DNA of 64,000 nucleotides from Candidatus Poribacteria bacterium (GCA_965222225.1 CBDCTK010000002.1:4320001-4384000), one strand, 5' to 3'. Numbered from the stretch's first letter, positions 19,007-30,321 are shown. A program made the numbers and translations. The notes: a model not told the origin generated them from the sequence alone.

Positions 19007-21850
19007 ATGAATTCCAGTGCGACGATGAACCTAGACGGGAATAGTTGGCTTTTGAGCACGGATCCCGAAAACGTTGGCAGAAATCTACGATGGTATGATG
19101 AGGTAACAGGTGAGGCAAAGGCTACGCGCGTCCCCGGCATCCTCCAAGAAACCTTTCCAACCTACCACGGCGTTGTATGGTACTGGCATGAGTTTACTCC
19201 GCCGGACAATCCCCATGAAGATGGGCGATATTTGCTGAACTTCTGGCAAGTGGACTACCTCGCCGATGTTTGGGTCAACGGAAAGTACGTAGGGCAGCAT
19301 GAAGGTACGGGAGACCCGTTTACCCTCGACGTGACGGAACCGATCCTGCCGCGTGCCGTGAACCGGGTTGCCGTGCGTGTTTTGAACCCGAAGAATGAAC
19401 CGATCGACGGCATCTCCCTGATGGAGTCTCCCGTCTGGGCTAGAGGAATCCCATGTACTCCGGGCCTCGCCCTCAATTACGGCGGGATTACGGACTCGGT
19501 GGAACTACACATCGTACCCGCAGTTCGGGTTACCGACCTTTTTGTTAAGCCAGACTGGAAAACCGGCAACGTGCACGTGGGTACGAGTCTATACAATGCT
19601 CGAAATCGGACGGTTTCGGCAGAACTCCTCTTTTCCATCGCACCTTCCATCAGCGGGAGTACCTTGAATTCACTGCAACTGCACCGCGAGATTCCATCCG
19701 GCGAGACACTTGTCGAAGCCGAGTTGACGGTGGGGACTCCGCATCTCTGGGAACTCAACGATCCCTACATGTATCGTGTCAGCGTCAGCGCCCGCGAGAA
19801 CCAATCAGCGTCAATAGATGAGCAATCGACCCGTTGTGGCTTTCGAGATTTTCGATTCGAGGACGGCTACTTCCGCCTCAATGAACGCCGCATCTTCGTC
19901 AAGTGTGCTCAGACCGACGCGAGAGCTCCGATTGGGCACCTTGTGGCACATGATCCCGACCTGCCACGACGCGACTTAATCAACTGCAAAGCCACTCGGC
20001 ACAACATGATCCGATCTTTTGGAGGTCAAACTCCGCGCTATCAAATAGAACTCTGCGATGAAATCGGATTGCTCGTGTATCAGGAGCATGCCGCCGCGTG
20101 GCGAATGGAACCATCACCGCAGTTGCCCGACCGATTTCGCAGGTCCGTGCAAGCCATGGTAAAACGCGATCGAAACCATCCGAGCGTCGTCATATGGGGA
20201 ATGCTAAACGAAACGCATAAGGGACCCATTTACGACCAAGCTTTGGCAGGTTTGCCGTATGTTCGGGAACTCGACGATACACGTGTCGTCCTGCTCAACA
20301 GTGGCGACTTCGCCGAAACCGGAAAAACCATCGCCAATTCAAAGCTAGAAGAATGGGAGGCGACGCTCCTCGACGTTCACCCCTACAAAACGGTGCCGCA
20401 TCGCGCAGATGTAATCCAAGAGCTCCGCACGTTGGATAAAGACGGCAAACCCATATTTCACTCGGAGGGAGGAATCGGCAGTGCTATAGACGTCGTGCGT
20501 CTCACACGCCATTACGAACAGTTGGGAAGTACATCCTGCGAAGACGCCGCCGTGGTGCGTCATGTATTAGACCAGTTCACTGCCGATTGGGAACGCTGGA
20601 ATCTCGGCGATACCTTTCCCAATCCCGAGGATTACTTCCACCAGTGCATTGCTTGGATGGCAGAACTGCGTAAGTTGGCTGCCAATGCGCTTCGCGCCAA
20701 TCCGAACTTGATCGCCCACAATATCACGGGACTGGTTGACCCCAGCACAACAGGCGAAGGAATGCTATCCAGTACGTTTCGAGAGCTTAAACCCGGGGTT
20801 ATAGACGCCATGTTCGACGCTTTTGCCCCGTTGCGCTGGTGCTTGTTTGTCGAACCAGTTCAGGTCTACTGCGGGCAACCGATACGCATAGAAGCCGTAT
20901 TGGCGAATGAAGACATGCTCTCGCCGGGGGACTACCCGGTTCGGTTCCAAGTTGTAGGTCCCCAAAATGCCTCTGTCTTTGACCAAACGGTGACGGTCAC
21001 AATTGCCGATACCAAGACCGAACCTGAGCCAAAGTTCGCAACACCTGTGCTTGATGAGCAAGTAGCGATTGACGGGCCGCCCGGGAAGTATCGATTCTTA
21101 GCCACTTTTCAGAAGAATGCGGCAGCAGCCGGTGGAGATATGGAGTTCTATGCCGCAGACGCGGCAGGAATGCCCGAAGTCAAGAACGAAATAGTTCTTT
21201 GGGGCGACGACCCCAATCTTGCGAATTGGCTGGATGCCAATTGCATCGCGGCTCAAGAGTTTGACCCGAGCGCAGATAATTCGCGAAATGTCCTTCTCGT
21301 GGGCACTAGCCCTCCCGCCGCCAAAGCAGAAGCGTTCCGAGAGCTTGTGAAACAAATCGCCCGAGGTTCGCACGCCGTGTTTCTGTCGCCGGAAGTCTTT
21401 CACGAAGGGGATGACCGCACTCGCTGGCTGCCGTTAACGAACAAAGGAGCCGTCGTCGATTTGACTGTAATGTTATACCACAAGGACGACTGGGCAAAAA
21501 TCCATCCGATTTTCGAAGGGCTACCGGCGGGTTGTGTGCTAGATCACACATTCTATCGCGAAATACTTGGGGCGAAAGCATTTTCGGGACAGGACGTTCC
21601 GTCGGAGGTAGTCGCTGGAGCGATAAACACCTGTCTAGGATATAGCTCCGGACTCTCTTTGGCAATCTACAACCTTGGTGAGGGAAGGTTTACGGTCAAC
21701 ACCCTCCGTATCCTTGAGAATCTTGGGGGCGACCCGGTAGCAGAACGCTTGCTGCGGAACTTGCTGAACTATGCTGCACGTCATGTCAATCTGCCGCCAG
21801 CCCCTCTTCCTGACAACTACGACGCTCACCTTAGGGCAATAGGGTACTAG
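19007..21850 (+). CDS. Glycoside hydrolase family 2 (beta-galactosidase/glucuronidase-like)
   Basis: 'GVVWYW', 'ADVWVNG', 'LWELNDPYMY', 'GFR', 'CDEIGLLV', 'RDRNHPSVVIWGMLNE'. Confidence 0.9.
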   Translation: MNSSATMNLDGNSWLLSTDPENVGRNLRWYDEVTGEAKATRVPGILQETFPTYHGVVWYWHEFTPPDNPHEDGRYLLNFWQVDYLADVWVNGKYVGQHEGTGDPFTLDVTEPILPRAVNRVAVRVLNPKNEPIDGISLMESPVWARGIPCTPGLALNYGGITDSVELHIVPAVRVTDLFVKPDWKTGNVHVGTSLYNARNRTVSAELLFSIAPSISGSTLNSLQLHREIPSGETLVEAELTVGTPHLWELNDPYMYRVSVSARENQSASIDEQSTRCGFRDFRFEDGYFRLNERRIFVKCAQTDARAPIGHLVAHDPDLPRRDLINCKATRHNMIRSFGGQTPRYQIELCDEIGLLVYQEHAAAWRMEPSPQLPDRFRRSVQAMVKRDRNHPSVVIWGMLNETHKGPIYDQALAGLPYVRELDDTRVVLLNSGDFAETGKTIANSKLEEWEATLLDVHPYKTVPHRADVIQELRTLDKDGKPIFHSEGGIGSAIDVVRLTRHYEQLGSTSCEDAAVVRHVLDQFTADWERWNLGDTFPNPEDYFHQCIAWMAELRKLAANALRANPNLIAHNITGLVDPSTTGEGMLSSTFRELKPGVIDAMFDAFAPLRWCLFVEPVQVYCGQPIRIEAVLANEDMLSPGDYPVRFQVVGPQNASVFDQTVTVTIADTKTEPEPKFATPVLDEQVAIDGPPGKYRFLATFQKNAAAAGGDMEFYAADAAGMPEVKNEIVLWGDDPNLANWLDANCIAAQEFDPSADNSRNVLLVGTSPPAAKAEAFRELVKQIARGSHAVFLSPEVFHEGDDRTRWLPLTNKGAVVDLTVMLYHKDDWAKIHPIFEGLPAGCVLDHTFYREILGAKAFSGQDVPSEVVAGAINTCLGYSSGLSLAIYNLGEGRFTVNTLRILENLGGDPVAERLLRNLLNYAARHVNLPPAPLPDNYDAHLRAIGY

Positions 21851-21909
21851 CACATGTCAAGACGGTTCCGGATTTTTGGCTCTCACAGATTCCGGCGACA
21901 AGGTATAGT

Positions 21910-23030
21910 ATGCACATTCTTGGTTCCGTTCTGGCATTCTCGGCACTTAGTTTTTGCGTCGGGCAGGAAATCAATTCCCAATTGGTCGAGACAGCTCCCT
22001 CTATTAAGACGTATCGGGTGACGACTTCGCCGGTTATTGACGGAAAATTGACAGACGATTGTTGGCTAGAAGCCGAAGCCGCGACCGATTTCTGGCGGTC
22101 TAACGGCTCATCCCGTATCGAATCATCTGCCTCGGTTCAGCTCGCCTATGACGATGAAAATCTTTTCGTTGGATTCAGGTGCCCATTGCCCAACCCACAA
22201 TCAGTAACAGCCGTCAAAAACCTCAAACCGGATAAGATGTTCGACGGGAACACCGCACCGGTGTTCTTGGATCCACTGTTGGATTATCGGCGCGATGTTG
22301 GTCTTGCCGAAGACCCGGACGCTCTGTTTTACACGCATCCCGGTCCAAAAATATTCCGATTTGCCGTCAACCCCGTTAACGGTCGGTTTTCAGACCTACT
22401 GGGGACTCCGTGGTGGAAAGTTCCTTGGCGGAGCGCCGCGCACATTGGAGACAGTTTTTGGAGTGCGGAGCTTGCGATTCCCTTTGCGTCGCTCGCGTTT
22501 TTCGAGCCGACCGATAGAAGCGGTTTGCAGCCCGGTTGGGAATCAACTTGAGGAGTCAATTTTGCGCTTGATGACACTGTTTGGGTACCAAACTTTGACC
22601 CGCAGGACGCCACTACCCCACTCAGCAAATATAATCCTCTAGCCACCGAATTTGGCGACCCCCTCGCTTATGGCTCCGCTACCGCCATTGACGTGGATCC
22701 GAGTTCGCACCGGTGGGCATATCTGGTCGGAATCGGCCCGAAGATTGTGGGGGAGGTTCCCATTGCCCTCACCATGAGCAACCACACCGGCGCTCATCCT
22801 AAGGTTAAAGTCGTTGCGTCGGCTATCTCTCATAACGACACAGAAGCCGAGGACATATTCCCGCCTCAGAAGGGGATTTGGGAGGTCGCGCCGGAAGGCG
22901 TTCATTGGGCACACGGGAGTTTGTCAATACCACTGAACTCACCGGGGAAGTACCTGCTGCTGTTGTCGGTTCACGATCTGGAAGCCGAGAAGGTGGTAGT
23001 ACATCGCCCCTTGCTAATCGACGAAGTCGA
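21910..23030 (+). pseudogene. Secreted CBM9-like sugar-binding protein with a nonsense codon, truncated at the island edge
   Basis: 'PVIDGKLTDDCW', 'YDDENLFVGF', 'WSAELAIPF'. TGA at 22549 falls at the expected W of 'WGVNF', and the frame continues into ORF 22693-23124. Confidence 0.7.
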
Positions 23031-23031
23031 G

Positions 23032-23401
23032 AGAGGAGCTCTATCAGATCATTCAGGCATCCGAAACCGTCTACGACAAATCCATGAAGATTTACCTCAT
23101 GGCAATGGCAGTCCGACTGTTTGAAATGAAACGCATCCTCAAGCGCACCGGTTCAATCTATCTACACTGCGATCCGACCGCCAGCCACTACTTGAAACTG
23201 GTTATGGATAGCCTGTTTGGAAAGAACCTTTTTCGGAATGAGATTACATGGAGACGACACTCTAGCGTAACCAAAGGAAGTCAACACGCTCCCAAAACAT
23301 GGGGAACTACAACAGATACTATCCTGTTTTATGCCGGTAAGAATGCCAAACTCGCCCCATATCGAGATATGCCGGAATCGGACCGGAGAGAGCGGACGTG
23401 A
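23032..23401 (+). pseudogene. Internal fragment of an N4C/N6A site-specific DNA methyltransferase
   Basis: EELYQIIQASETVYDKSMKIYLMAMAVRLFEMKRILKRTGSIYLHCDPTASHYLK..D..FG..FRNEI.W; the DPPF and FxGxG motifs are absent. Confidence 0.82.
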
Positions 23402-23619
23402 TGCGAGAGATAGTATGGGATTTTCCTATGGGTCCAATGGAGCGGACGCTGTGGTGGGTGGGGAGCGCGGCGGACGTGACGACGGGGATAGTGGAGTTAC
23501 TGAAGGAAGCGAAAAACCTCCAGGAAGCGATGGTCGAAGTGGTTGAGGTGCTGCACAGTAACCTACAAGCCGATCCGGACCTGAGCGGATTATACGATCC
23601 GCTGGGGACGCTGAATTAG
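23398..23619 (+). CDS. Hypothetical protein
   Basis: 73-aa ORF overlapping the upstream stop; no motif recognised. Confidence 0.3.
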   Translation: MMREIVWDFPMGPMERTLWWVGSAADVTTGIVELLKEAKNLQEAMVEVVEVLHSNLQADPDLSGLYDPLGTLN

Positions 23620-24057
23620 GGAGCCAAGTCGATTTCAGTCTGCCAAATCTGAAGACTCTCTGTTATAATATGGTGAACCTTTCAGGTGGGGGAAAGTCAC
23701 TGTTCTGACCCGAGCAGCCCCCGCCACCCTTTGACTGCGGATGAGAAGGCTCGTAGAGGTACTATTCATAGAAAGGTTTATCCCGTGAGGAACAGACCTA
23801 TGACGCCTAATCGTGCGTTCATAGTTAATTGCCGAATCGAGTCGGATGTGGACGAGCATGAGTTGGTTCGCCGCCGCCGCAGATGAAATGCAGGTTTCGG
23901 ACATCACGCCGGCGGAACACGCTTGCTCGAGGCCTAGTTCATCGAATGTCGGCAAGTTGACTTGGACTTGGGAGACGTGGGCTGAGGAAGATTCGCCGAA
24001 ATCATCGGCTTAGTCGTATTCTGTTTTGTTTTTTCAAGCATATTTTGCGAGGATTGT

Positions 24058-24636
24058 ATGCCAGTTGAAGAAAAATCAAACACGCCACCGACCTCTTTAT
24101 CGCGCCGCGATCAATTGCGTCTTAAGGAATACGACTCTCTCAACTTTTGGAATGATAACGAAAGCAAAGTTAATCTTGCCATAGATGCACTTCCTATATC
24201 TGTGATTGGTGGAATTGCGTATATCTTTTCGAAGATCGAATGCCCGTCCAACATACAGATAATAGTTGGAGTCGTCGCCTCGATACTAGTCGTAATTTTA
24301 TGGCTTGTTCTATCCAAAAAATATAGTGACCGCGTGGATAAAAGGTTTAAGTGGATGCAAGAGATAGAGCGGGAGCTCGGTTTTAGTGCACATATCAGGA
24401 TGACTGTCTTTATAAAAGCCAGCTTCTTGCAACACCACCTATCACACCTACGTGCTAGGCTAGTGATTGTCGCGATTGTTGTGGCCTCGGTGCTGATAGC
24501 CGGCCCCAAAATCATTGACGTCAGTATGGGTATTATCGTGCCTGTTGCACTTTCCGTGGCGGCAACTATTATTTTCATCGATAAGGTGTGGAGTTGTTTT
24601 AAGAAGGTCTATAGATATTTGTGTGGGAGAAAGTAA
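24058..24636 (+). CDS. Hypothetical membrane protein (~4 TM)
   Basis: Hydrophobic segments around 'KWMQEIERELG'; GAGG SD. Confidence 0.65.
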   Translation: MPVEEKSNTPPTSLSRRDQLRLKEYDSLNFWNDNESKVNLAIDALPISVIGGIAYIFSKIECPSNIQIIVGVVASILVVILWLVLSKKYSDRVDKRFKWMQEIERELGFSAHIRMTVFIKASFLQHHLSHLRARLVIVAIVVASVLIAGPKIIDVSMGIIVPVALSVAATIIFIDKVWSCFKKVYRYLCGRK

Positions 24637-24685
24637 GTCGGATGGTGGGCTTCAGAAAGATTTAGAAATAGCATTGAGGAAGACA

Positions 24686-25468
24686 ATGTATATAGAATTT
24701 GCCCTAAGAGCTAAAAATCATGTTAAGCGCGTACAAGAAGCTCTGTTTTCCATAGAAAATGCTCTAAAGAAAATTGATAGTGACGACAATGATTATGTAA
24801 ACATCACCAGAGCTGAATTGATTAGAAGGGCGTTGGTTCATGACAATGATAAGTGTGAAGACGACCATATAATCGAGGGGAAAAAAGTTCCGCGCCACTT
24901 TGCCGAATGCACAGTGTGGTGCGACTGTTTTTTTGGTCAGGGTGGGGCGGACCTTGAGTACGGCTCTGAAGCATATCGCAAATTACATTCAGAGGCAGGT
25001 AAGGGGCTAGATATTTTACGCCGTCATAAAGAGATTAACGATCATCACCCAGAATACTACGACGACCGCAATGACATGAAATTTATACAGCTAATTGAAA
25101 TGGTCTGTGATTGGTGGGGTGCTACTGCTTACAGTAATGACAGTCCGCTTGATAGGTTTCTAGAAAGTTGCGATGTCAATTTGTGTAAATACAAATTTAA
25201 CAGTTACCAAAGATTCGTGATAGAACGAACTCGTGATTTCATAGCTAAAGATGACACACATTTGATTAAAATCATTTTCACTGGTTGTGTTAATTACGAT
25301 AAAAGTTCTATCCAACCATTTACGTCAGTTAGTGATTTTGAAGTTCAATTCTATAAACAGCTGAAAGATTTTCTCAAAGATAGAATAGCTTTATTGAACC
25401 AAGCCGAAGCCAGGGGAAAATTAAAAATGAAAGACCTAATCATCAACAGAACGGATCTCATTGATTGA
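24686..25468 (+). CDS. HD-fold protein (DUF5662-like)
   Basis: 'H..V...HDNDK', 'HKEINDHHPEYY', 'M...LIEMVCDWWGA'; GAGG SD before ATG 24686. Confidence 0.7.
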   Translation: MYIEFALRAKNHVKRVQEALFSIENALKKIDSDDNDYVNITRAELIRRALVHDNDKCEDDHIIEGKKVPRHFAECTVWCDCFFGQGGADLEYGSEAYRKLHSEAGKGLDILRRHKEINDHHPEYYDDRNDMKFIQLIEMVCDWWGATAYSNDSPLDRFLESCDVNLCKYKFNSYQRFVIERTRDFIAKDDTHLIKIIFTGCVNYDKSSIQPFTSVSDFEVQFYKQLKDFLKDRIALLNQAEARGKLKMKDLIINRTDLID

Positions 25469-26408
25469 CGTATTCATGAAGATAGAGAGATGGGCGATCA
25501 TGATTAACAATAAAACTGTAGCGGTGTCTGGCGAGAACAAATTAGGAATACGCGACGTGCTTGAGGCACACGGTTTTGATTTGCACAGTAAATTTAGGCT
25601 TGTCAGGCACGCGCCTGATCCCACAAGGTATGATCGAAATGCGCTAATCGCGAGTCCCTGGTTTCTTCTATACCAGGCTATTCAAGTTGAACCTGTTTAT
25701 GGTGATAGCGATGTCATCGTAGTGTTTGTCTTCGATGGCGGGACACGAGCCAAGCTCTTTGGAATCTATAGTGTATTAGAGATGCGTGGTTTAAGACCGC
25801 GTGACATTCCGGAAAACTGCCCGTATAAAGAGAGTTGGCAATCTTATGAATACTTTTATGAACTTGAACATCTGTCCGAATATGCGGATTTAGATGGGCG
25901 CGTTGTTATTGACTGGGGTAAAGCCACGCAATCGTGGGTACAAGGATCTTATCCGGATAAAGATAAACCTGTTCTTGAGATATTACCTTTGAGCCGGGCA
26001 GCGCGCATATTGCAGCCATTTTCCGATTATCTGGATTTTACACTATCTCATGCGGAACTAAGGGGCATGATAGAGAATCCGGTCGCACACGCCGATTGGC
26101 AAGCAAGTTTGTCGGCGGTAGCAGGCGTTTATTTGATTCTCGCTGAAACCACCGGACAGCTTTATGTTGGATCAGCGTACGGTGAGAACGGGATTTGGGG
26201 GCGATGGGAGGACTATGCTGCCAATGGACACGGAGGAAACACATTACTTGAGGAGATGATTGACGCGAACGGAGAATATCCAGAGTCGTTTCGATATTCG
26301 GTGCTTCAGATCTTGCCCAAGAGCACGATAAACACTGAGGTCATTCGGTGGGAACAACGATACAAACAGAAACTAGGCAGCCGAGCAGTCGGTCTCAATT
26401 TGAATTGA
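25461..26408 (+). CDS. GIY-YIG nuclease family protein
   Basis: C-terminal 'GVYLI....GQLYVGSAYG..GIWGRW..Y' and 'E..YK..LGS...GLN.N'. Confidence 0.85.
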   Translation: MIDVFMKIERWAIMINNKTVAVSGENKLGIRDVLEAHGFDLHSKFRLVRHAPDPTRYDRNALIASPWFLLYQAIQVEPVYGDSDVIVVFVFDGGTRAKLFGIYSVLEMRGLRPRDIPENCPYKESWQSYEYFYELEHLSEYADLDGRVVIDWGKATQSWVQGSYPDKDKPVLEILPLSRAARILQPFSDYLDFTLSHAELRGMIENPVAHADWQASLSAVAGVYLILAETTGQLYVGSAYGENGIWGRWEDYAANGHGGNTLLEEMIDANGEYPESFRYSVLQILPKSTINTEVIRWEQRYKQKLGSRAVGLNLN

Positions 26409-26696
26409 CCGCGAGCGCGGAATCGCATAATGATTGGGATATTTGTAAAGGCGGGTAGCGAACCTACCCCCATGATTTGGATAGAAAATAAGGTGATTTA
26501 AGAAATAAAATTCGACTAATTCTGGTCGGATTTCCACGCTGGAGCCAAATTGTATGTTGGAAGGAAGCCGCTTCGGCACGGTGAGAAGGAGGGCAAAGAT
26601 TCCTTCACCCAGACTCCTTCCTTTTTTGCCCGCCTGCTTGGGCTTCGCCCTGAAAATCCATTCCGGGGCTACAAATTCAAAGGATGGCGGGTGGGG

Positions 26697-29546
26697 CTAG
26701 GTACTAAAACTATATTTTTGTTCGCGTTTCTGAAAAGCTTCTTTTCCACCCTCCAACACTTCGTAAACGTGCTGACGTTGTCCCTTCCTAAACAATATGG
26801 CTTCTTGTTTAGCTTCCGATAACTCAAAACTATTTTCCAAGGCACCAGAAACATATTCAAATTTGAATTGTTTGTTGTCCCTCCCTTTCTGTTGTCCTGC
26901 TTGATTCGCAACGATTACCTGTTCGGCATCCGCGCCAACAACCAAATTAGGATTGTGCGTTACTATAACTATTTGCCGTTGCTTTTTCTTGTTTTTGACG
27001 AACGAAACCAGTTCATCATAAACCGATCTATTGTCCAGGTCGTCCTCTGGCTGGTCCAATAATATCGGCCATTCCTCGTTACTCAAGTCAATAAGTAACC
27101 GGAGCAGTACAAGCCCCTTTTTGCCGGGAGACATCTTGTCCAAGGGATCATTCTTGTAGGTTATTTCGAAATCCAAATCAAAATAATCGTCCAATATCTT
27201 CGTCACTGCATCTTTCGCGGACCTGTTTTTTATCGTTTTTATGTTTCCGTCTACAACGCCACTTAGAATTTCTGTGATAAAGCTGACATGTGTGCTTGGG
27301 TCAAATTGATATTCATATTCATCCTTCCAATGTGCATCGCTAATGTTGCGTTTTATGTCCGACGTGTTTAGAACACTCTGTATAACTTCGTCGTTAAATC
27401 GCTCCGCATTAAAACCCACCGAGACATCCAACGATATAGATATATCTTCAAAACTATTTTCATACTTCTCAAACTCATTTCTTGCCGCATCGTAGCCGCT
27501 AAAAATTTCTCTGTAGGTTTCAATAAGGGATTTCTTTTCCTTGTCATAAAGATTCTTTTTTGATTCCAAGCTTTTCTTTTCAAGCGCAATCTTGTCCAGT
27601 TTTTTCTGCTCGTTGCTTATGGCTTCATTTTTCTTTTTCAATTCGTCCTGCAATTTAACCCTTGCCATAAATGGCGCGAGGTCTTTCTTAATTTTTTCAA
27701 GTTCCTTTTGATGAAGTTTTATTTTTGCGTCAACAGAAGTAATTATCTTATCAGTGCCCGCCAAAAGGTTTGTCTTTATTTGACCAATCCCAGCAAGCCC
27801 TTGAGTAAACTCATTCTTAATTTCCTCGTTGCCAAGATACGACGCTTGCACATCGCGCAATTCCTCTAAATTCTCTAATTGCTGGGATAAATCTTGCCTG
27901 AAAGAAGTAAGGTTCTTTTTGTCATCAGATAATACAGCGATGATCGTTGTTGTGCCTTTCTCCTTCTCTAACAGAGCCGCATAATCTTTAATTTCTTGCT
28001 CGGACAGGCCGGATTTTGATTTGATGCCATCGGCCTCCTTCTGTAGTTGGGCAATGTACTTTTTTATGCCCTTTTCTTCACCTAATTGTTTTATATTTTG
28101 CTCTATCTCTTCGATTTCCTGCTTCATCTGATAAAGATTGGCAACGCTTGCTGAAATTGATATTGATAGCCTTTTAATCTTGGTAAGAATGATTTCGTAA
28201 TGCTCGCGTAAATTCTCATCTTGTAACAGGACATCTCTAACAAACTGATTCAGTGTATCTCGGCCTATAACATCCTTCTCGGACAGCTTATTGAGATAAT
28301 TTTGTGGTATATAAAGGATTTTTCTGTTTCCCGCATCTTTTTCCCCCTCAACGCGCTTTAGGCGGGTAATGTCACCATCAGCCCATTCGACTTCAAAATC
28401 AAACTTCTGCAATTCGTCAAATCTGTATTGAGTAACAGCAGGAGGGTCGCCAAATCTGTATTCTACTTCGTGTCTATCGATAGTTTTCGCCATGTAGTAA
28501 AGAAGTAGGGACTTTCCAGTTGATTTCCCGCCAATTATTGTCGCTAGATTTTGATTGATCTCGATAGGATCCGAGGGAAAATCATGGTTGCCTGTGTTAT
28601 CTATAAATTGCACTTTGTCAATGAGATGGTAGGACTTTTTCGGTTCCGGTTTTTCATAACCGAAGGCAACGCGATCAACTGGTTCAAAAATTGTCTGTCT
28701 TAACCCTTCAAATGTTGTATCAGCCTTTATCCAGCTGAAGCCGTATCTCTCAACATCGTTGCTTTCTTGGACCGGCAACGTGAATTTCTTACCGAGTTGA
28801 ATTTCGCAATTATCGAAAGTGTGGCAATCGGATGTGGAAATCACTGGTTTTGGCTTAGCTTTTTTGTCCTTATTTTCATACCTATCTTCGTCGAAATAAT
28901 AGCCCCTGTCTTCGTCGTGGCCGAAGAATAAATCACAGAATTCATCAAAATCGTCCGATAGTGCCTTCTTGATGTTTGCATTTGCAATTGCGCGGTTACT
29001 GCCCATTCCCCTTGCTACACCAGCAATAAGAAATGGTTTGTCATTCCCAAAAGAGTCTTTTAGTGAATCGTCCAACGCTTTCTTCGTGACGCATATGCTA
29101 TCGTATCCGCCACAAGCGGTGATATCAGCGTCCGTACAGTAGGCCACCGCGCCATTTGTCATCCTATCCCTTAAGGGAAGACGAGTAAGAAAATCCTCGA
29201 TTGTGGTAATATCGTACTCATCATCAAAAATCAAATGACACTGAAGTTGCTCGGAAACTCTATTCACGCTTATATCTAGCCGAAGCTCGACACACGGAAA
29301 AAACCTTCTGTTTTTTAGTTCTGCGATGTCCTCTATCTTTGTTTTCAACGCTATATAGCTGGCAATAGAAAAATAATCAGTTATACCAAAGACTGATACA
29401 TCTGATTTCTTGATATATTCAATGAACCTTTCCCAGACATCAACGCCACGGTCGGGCTTATATTGGTCTGCGTGTTTAGCTCCAGGGACATGGATTTGTA
29501 GGTCCCACTTTCTCCACTCTGACCCTTTTGGATAATTATTATTCAT
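26697..29546 (-). CDS. PHP-domain + AAA/ABC ATPase (TrlF/Ppl-like), probable anti-phage protein
   Basis: 'GSEWRKWDLQIH', 'GITDY', 'TSDCH', 'WIKADTTFEGL', Walker A 'GGKSTGKS', coiled coil, 'MSPG', 'LLDQPEDDLDN', 'VTHN'; AT-rich. Confidence 0.85.
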   Translation of the reverse strand: MNNNYPKGSEWRKWDLQIHVPGAKHADQYKPDRGVDVWERFIEYIKKSDVSVFGITDYFSIASYIALKTKIEDIAELKNRRFFPCVELRLDISVNRVSEQLQCHLIFDDEYDITTIEDFLTRLPLRDRMTNGAVAYCTDADITACGGYDSICVTKKALDDSLKDSFGNDKPFLIAGVARGMGSNRAIANANIKKALSDDFDEFCDLFFGHDEDRGYYFDEDRYENKDKKAKPKPVISTSDCHTFDNCEIQLGKKFTLPVQESNDVERYGFSWIKADTTFEGLRQTIFEPVDRVAFGYEKPEPKKSYHLIDKVQFIDNTGNHDFPSDPIEINQNLATIIGGKSTGKSLLLYYMAKTIDRHEVEYRFGDPPAVTQYRFDELQKFDFEVEWADGDITRLKRVEGEKDAGNRKILYIPQNYLNKLSEKDVIGRDTLNQFVRDVLLQDENLREHYEIILTKIKRLSISISASVANLYQMKQEIEEIEQNIKQLGEEKGIKKYIAQLQKEADGIKSKSGLSEQEIKDYAALLEKEKGTTTIIAVLSDDKKNLTSFRQDLSQQLENLEELRDVQASYLGNEEIKNEFTQGLAGIGQIKTNLLAGTDKIITSVDAKIKLHQKELEKIKKDLAPFMARVKLQDELKKKNEAISNEQKKLDKIALEKKSLESKKNLYDKEKKSLIETYREIFSGYDAARNEFEKYENSFEDISISLDVSVGFNAERFNDEVIQSVLNTSDIKRNISDAHWKDEYEYQFDPSTHVSFITEILSGVVDGNIKTIKNRSAKDAVTKILDDYFDLDFEITYKNDPLDKMSPGKKGLVLLRLLIDLSNEEWPILLDQPEDDLDNRSVYDELVSFVKNKKKQRQIVIVTHNPNLVVGADAEQVIVANQAGQQKGRDNKQFKFEYVSGALENSFELSEAKQEAILFRKGQRQHVYEVLEGGKEAFQKREQKYSFST

Positions 29547-29548
29547 AT

Positions 29549-29803
29549 TTATCTCCCACATTTGATGCGATTATCTTGCTTGCACAACGTGTGGCAGTTC
29601 TCTGCTGTTGTTTTTCCGCCCTCATGCCAAGGGGTAATGTAATCGGCTTCCATATCTTCATTTACCCACTTGTCTTTCTTATTCTCGCCTTTGCAGAACG
29701 GACAAATGCCTTTTTGCCCCTCGTACGCTTCTCGCTTCATTTTGTCGGTGAAAGTGCGCATAGAGAGATGCTTTTCTTCACCTGCGAGTACATAAGGATA
29801 TAT
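29549..29803 (-). pseudogene. C-terminal HNH endonuclease fragment (DUF262-HNH type) cut by an IS
   Basis: IYPYVLAGEEKHLSMRTFTDKMKREAYE.Q.GICPFC...MEADYITPWHEGGKT...NC..LC...N. The usual DH is DY. The 5' part is replaced by an IS3 end. Confidence 0.78.
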
Positions 29804-29804
29804 G

Positions 29805-30031
29805 TGTGATTACCCCAAAACTAGACAGTTGAATAGGAGATCAATTCGACTAGAAAAATGGTCATCATATGAGCGAAAATAGGACTCGAAACCCCAAGAA
29901 AAAGAAAGGCGTTTCTCCACCATGTCCCGTAGAAAACAGCGTGATGGCCGATTCAAAGCGCAAGTGGCGTTTGAAGCTATCAAGAATCAGCAAACTATCA
30001 GTCAGATTGCCAGTGAATACGATGTCAATCC
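29805..30031 (+). mobile_element. IS3-family remnant (left IR + truncated OrfA)
   Basis: IR-like TGTGATTACCCCAAAACTAGACA; ORF 29922 'RKQRDGRFKAQVAFEAIKNQQTISQIASEYDVNP'; no OrfB. Confidence 0.75.
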
Positions 30032-30321
30032 AGCATCATCCCTTCCCATAACAACCTCCCTATTGCAGCAACAGCGTATAACAGTTGCAATTAACCTCTT
30101 AGGGAATTTTACCATAATGCAAATAGGAAAGCACTAAGGATTAATGAGTTTTTTGATAATCACGTTTCCCCTGTGTTGTTCGGTTACATCTGCCTGTGGC
30201 ATAACCGTTTGCACATTTTCACCTATTCCCATTAGCATTCTTTATGATAACATACGTTCGCATTAAACCTACAACCCGCAAACTAGTAGTCGCCAAAAAT
30301 CATGTGTGACGTGAAACTGTA

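Noticed and set aside
23640-24010. Possible riboswitch or small ORFs in the intergenic stretch
   Set aside because: No recognisable aptamer consensus or protein motif
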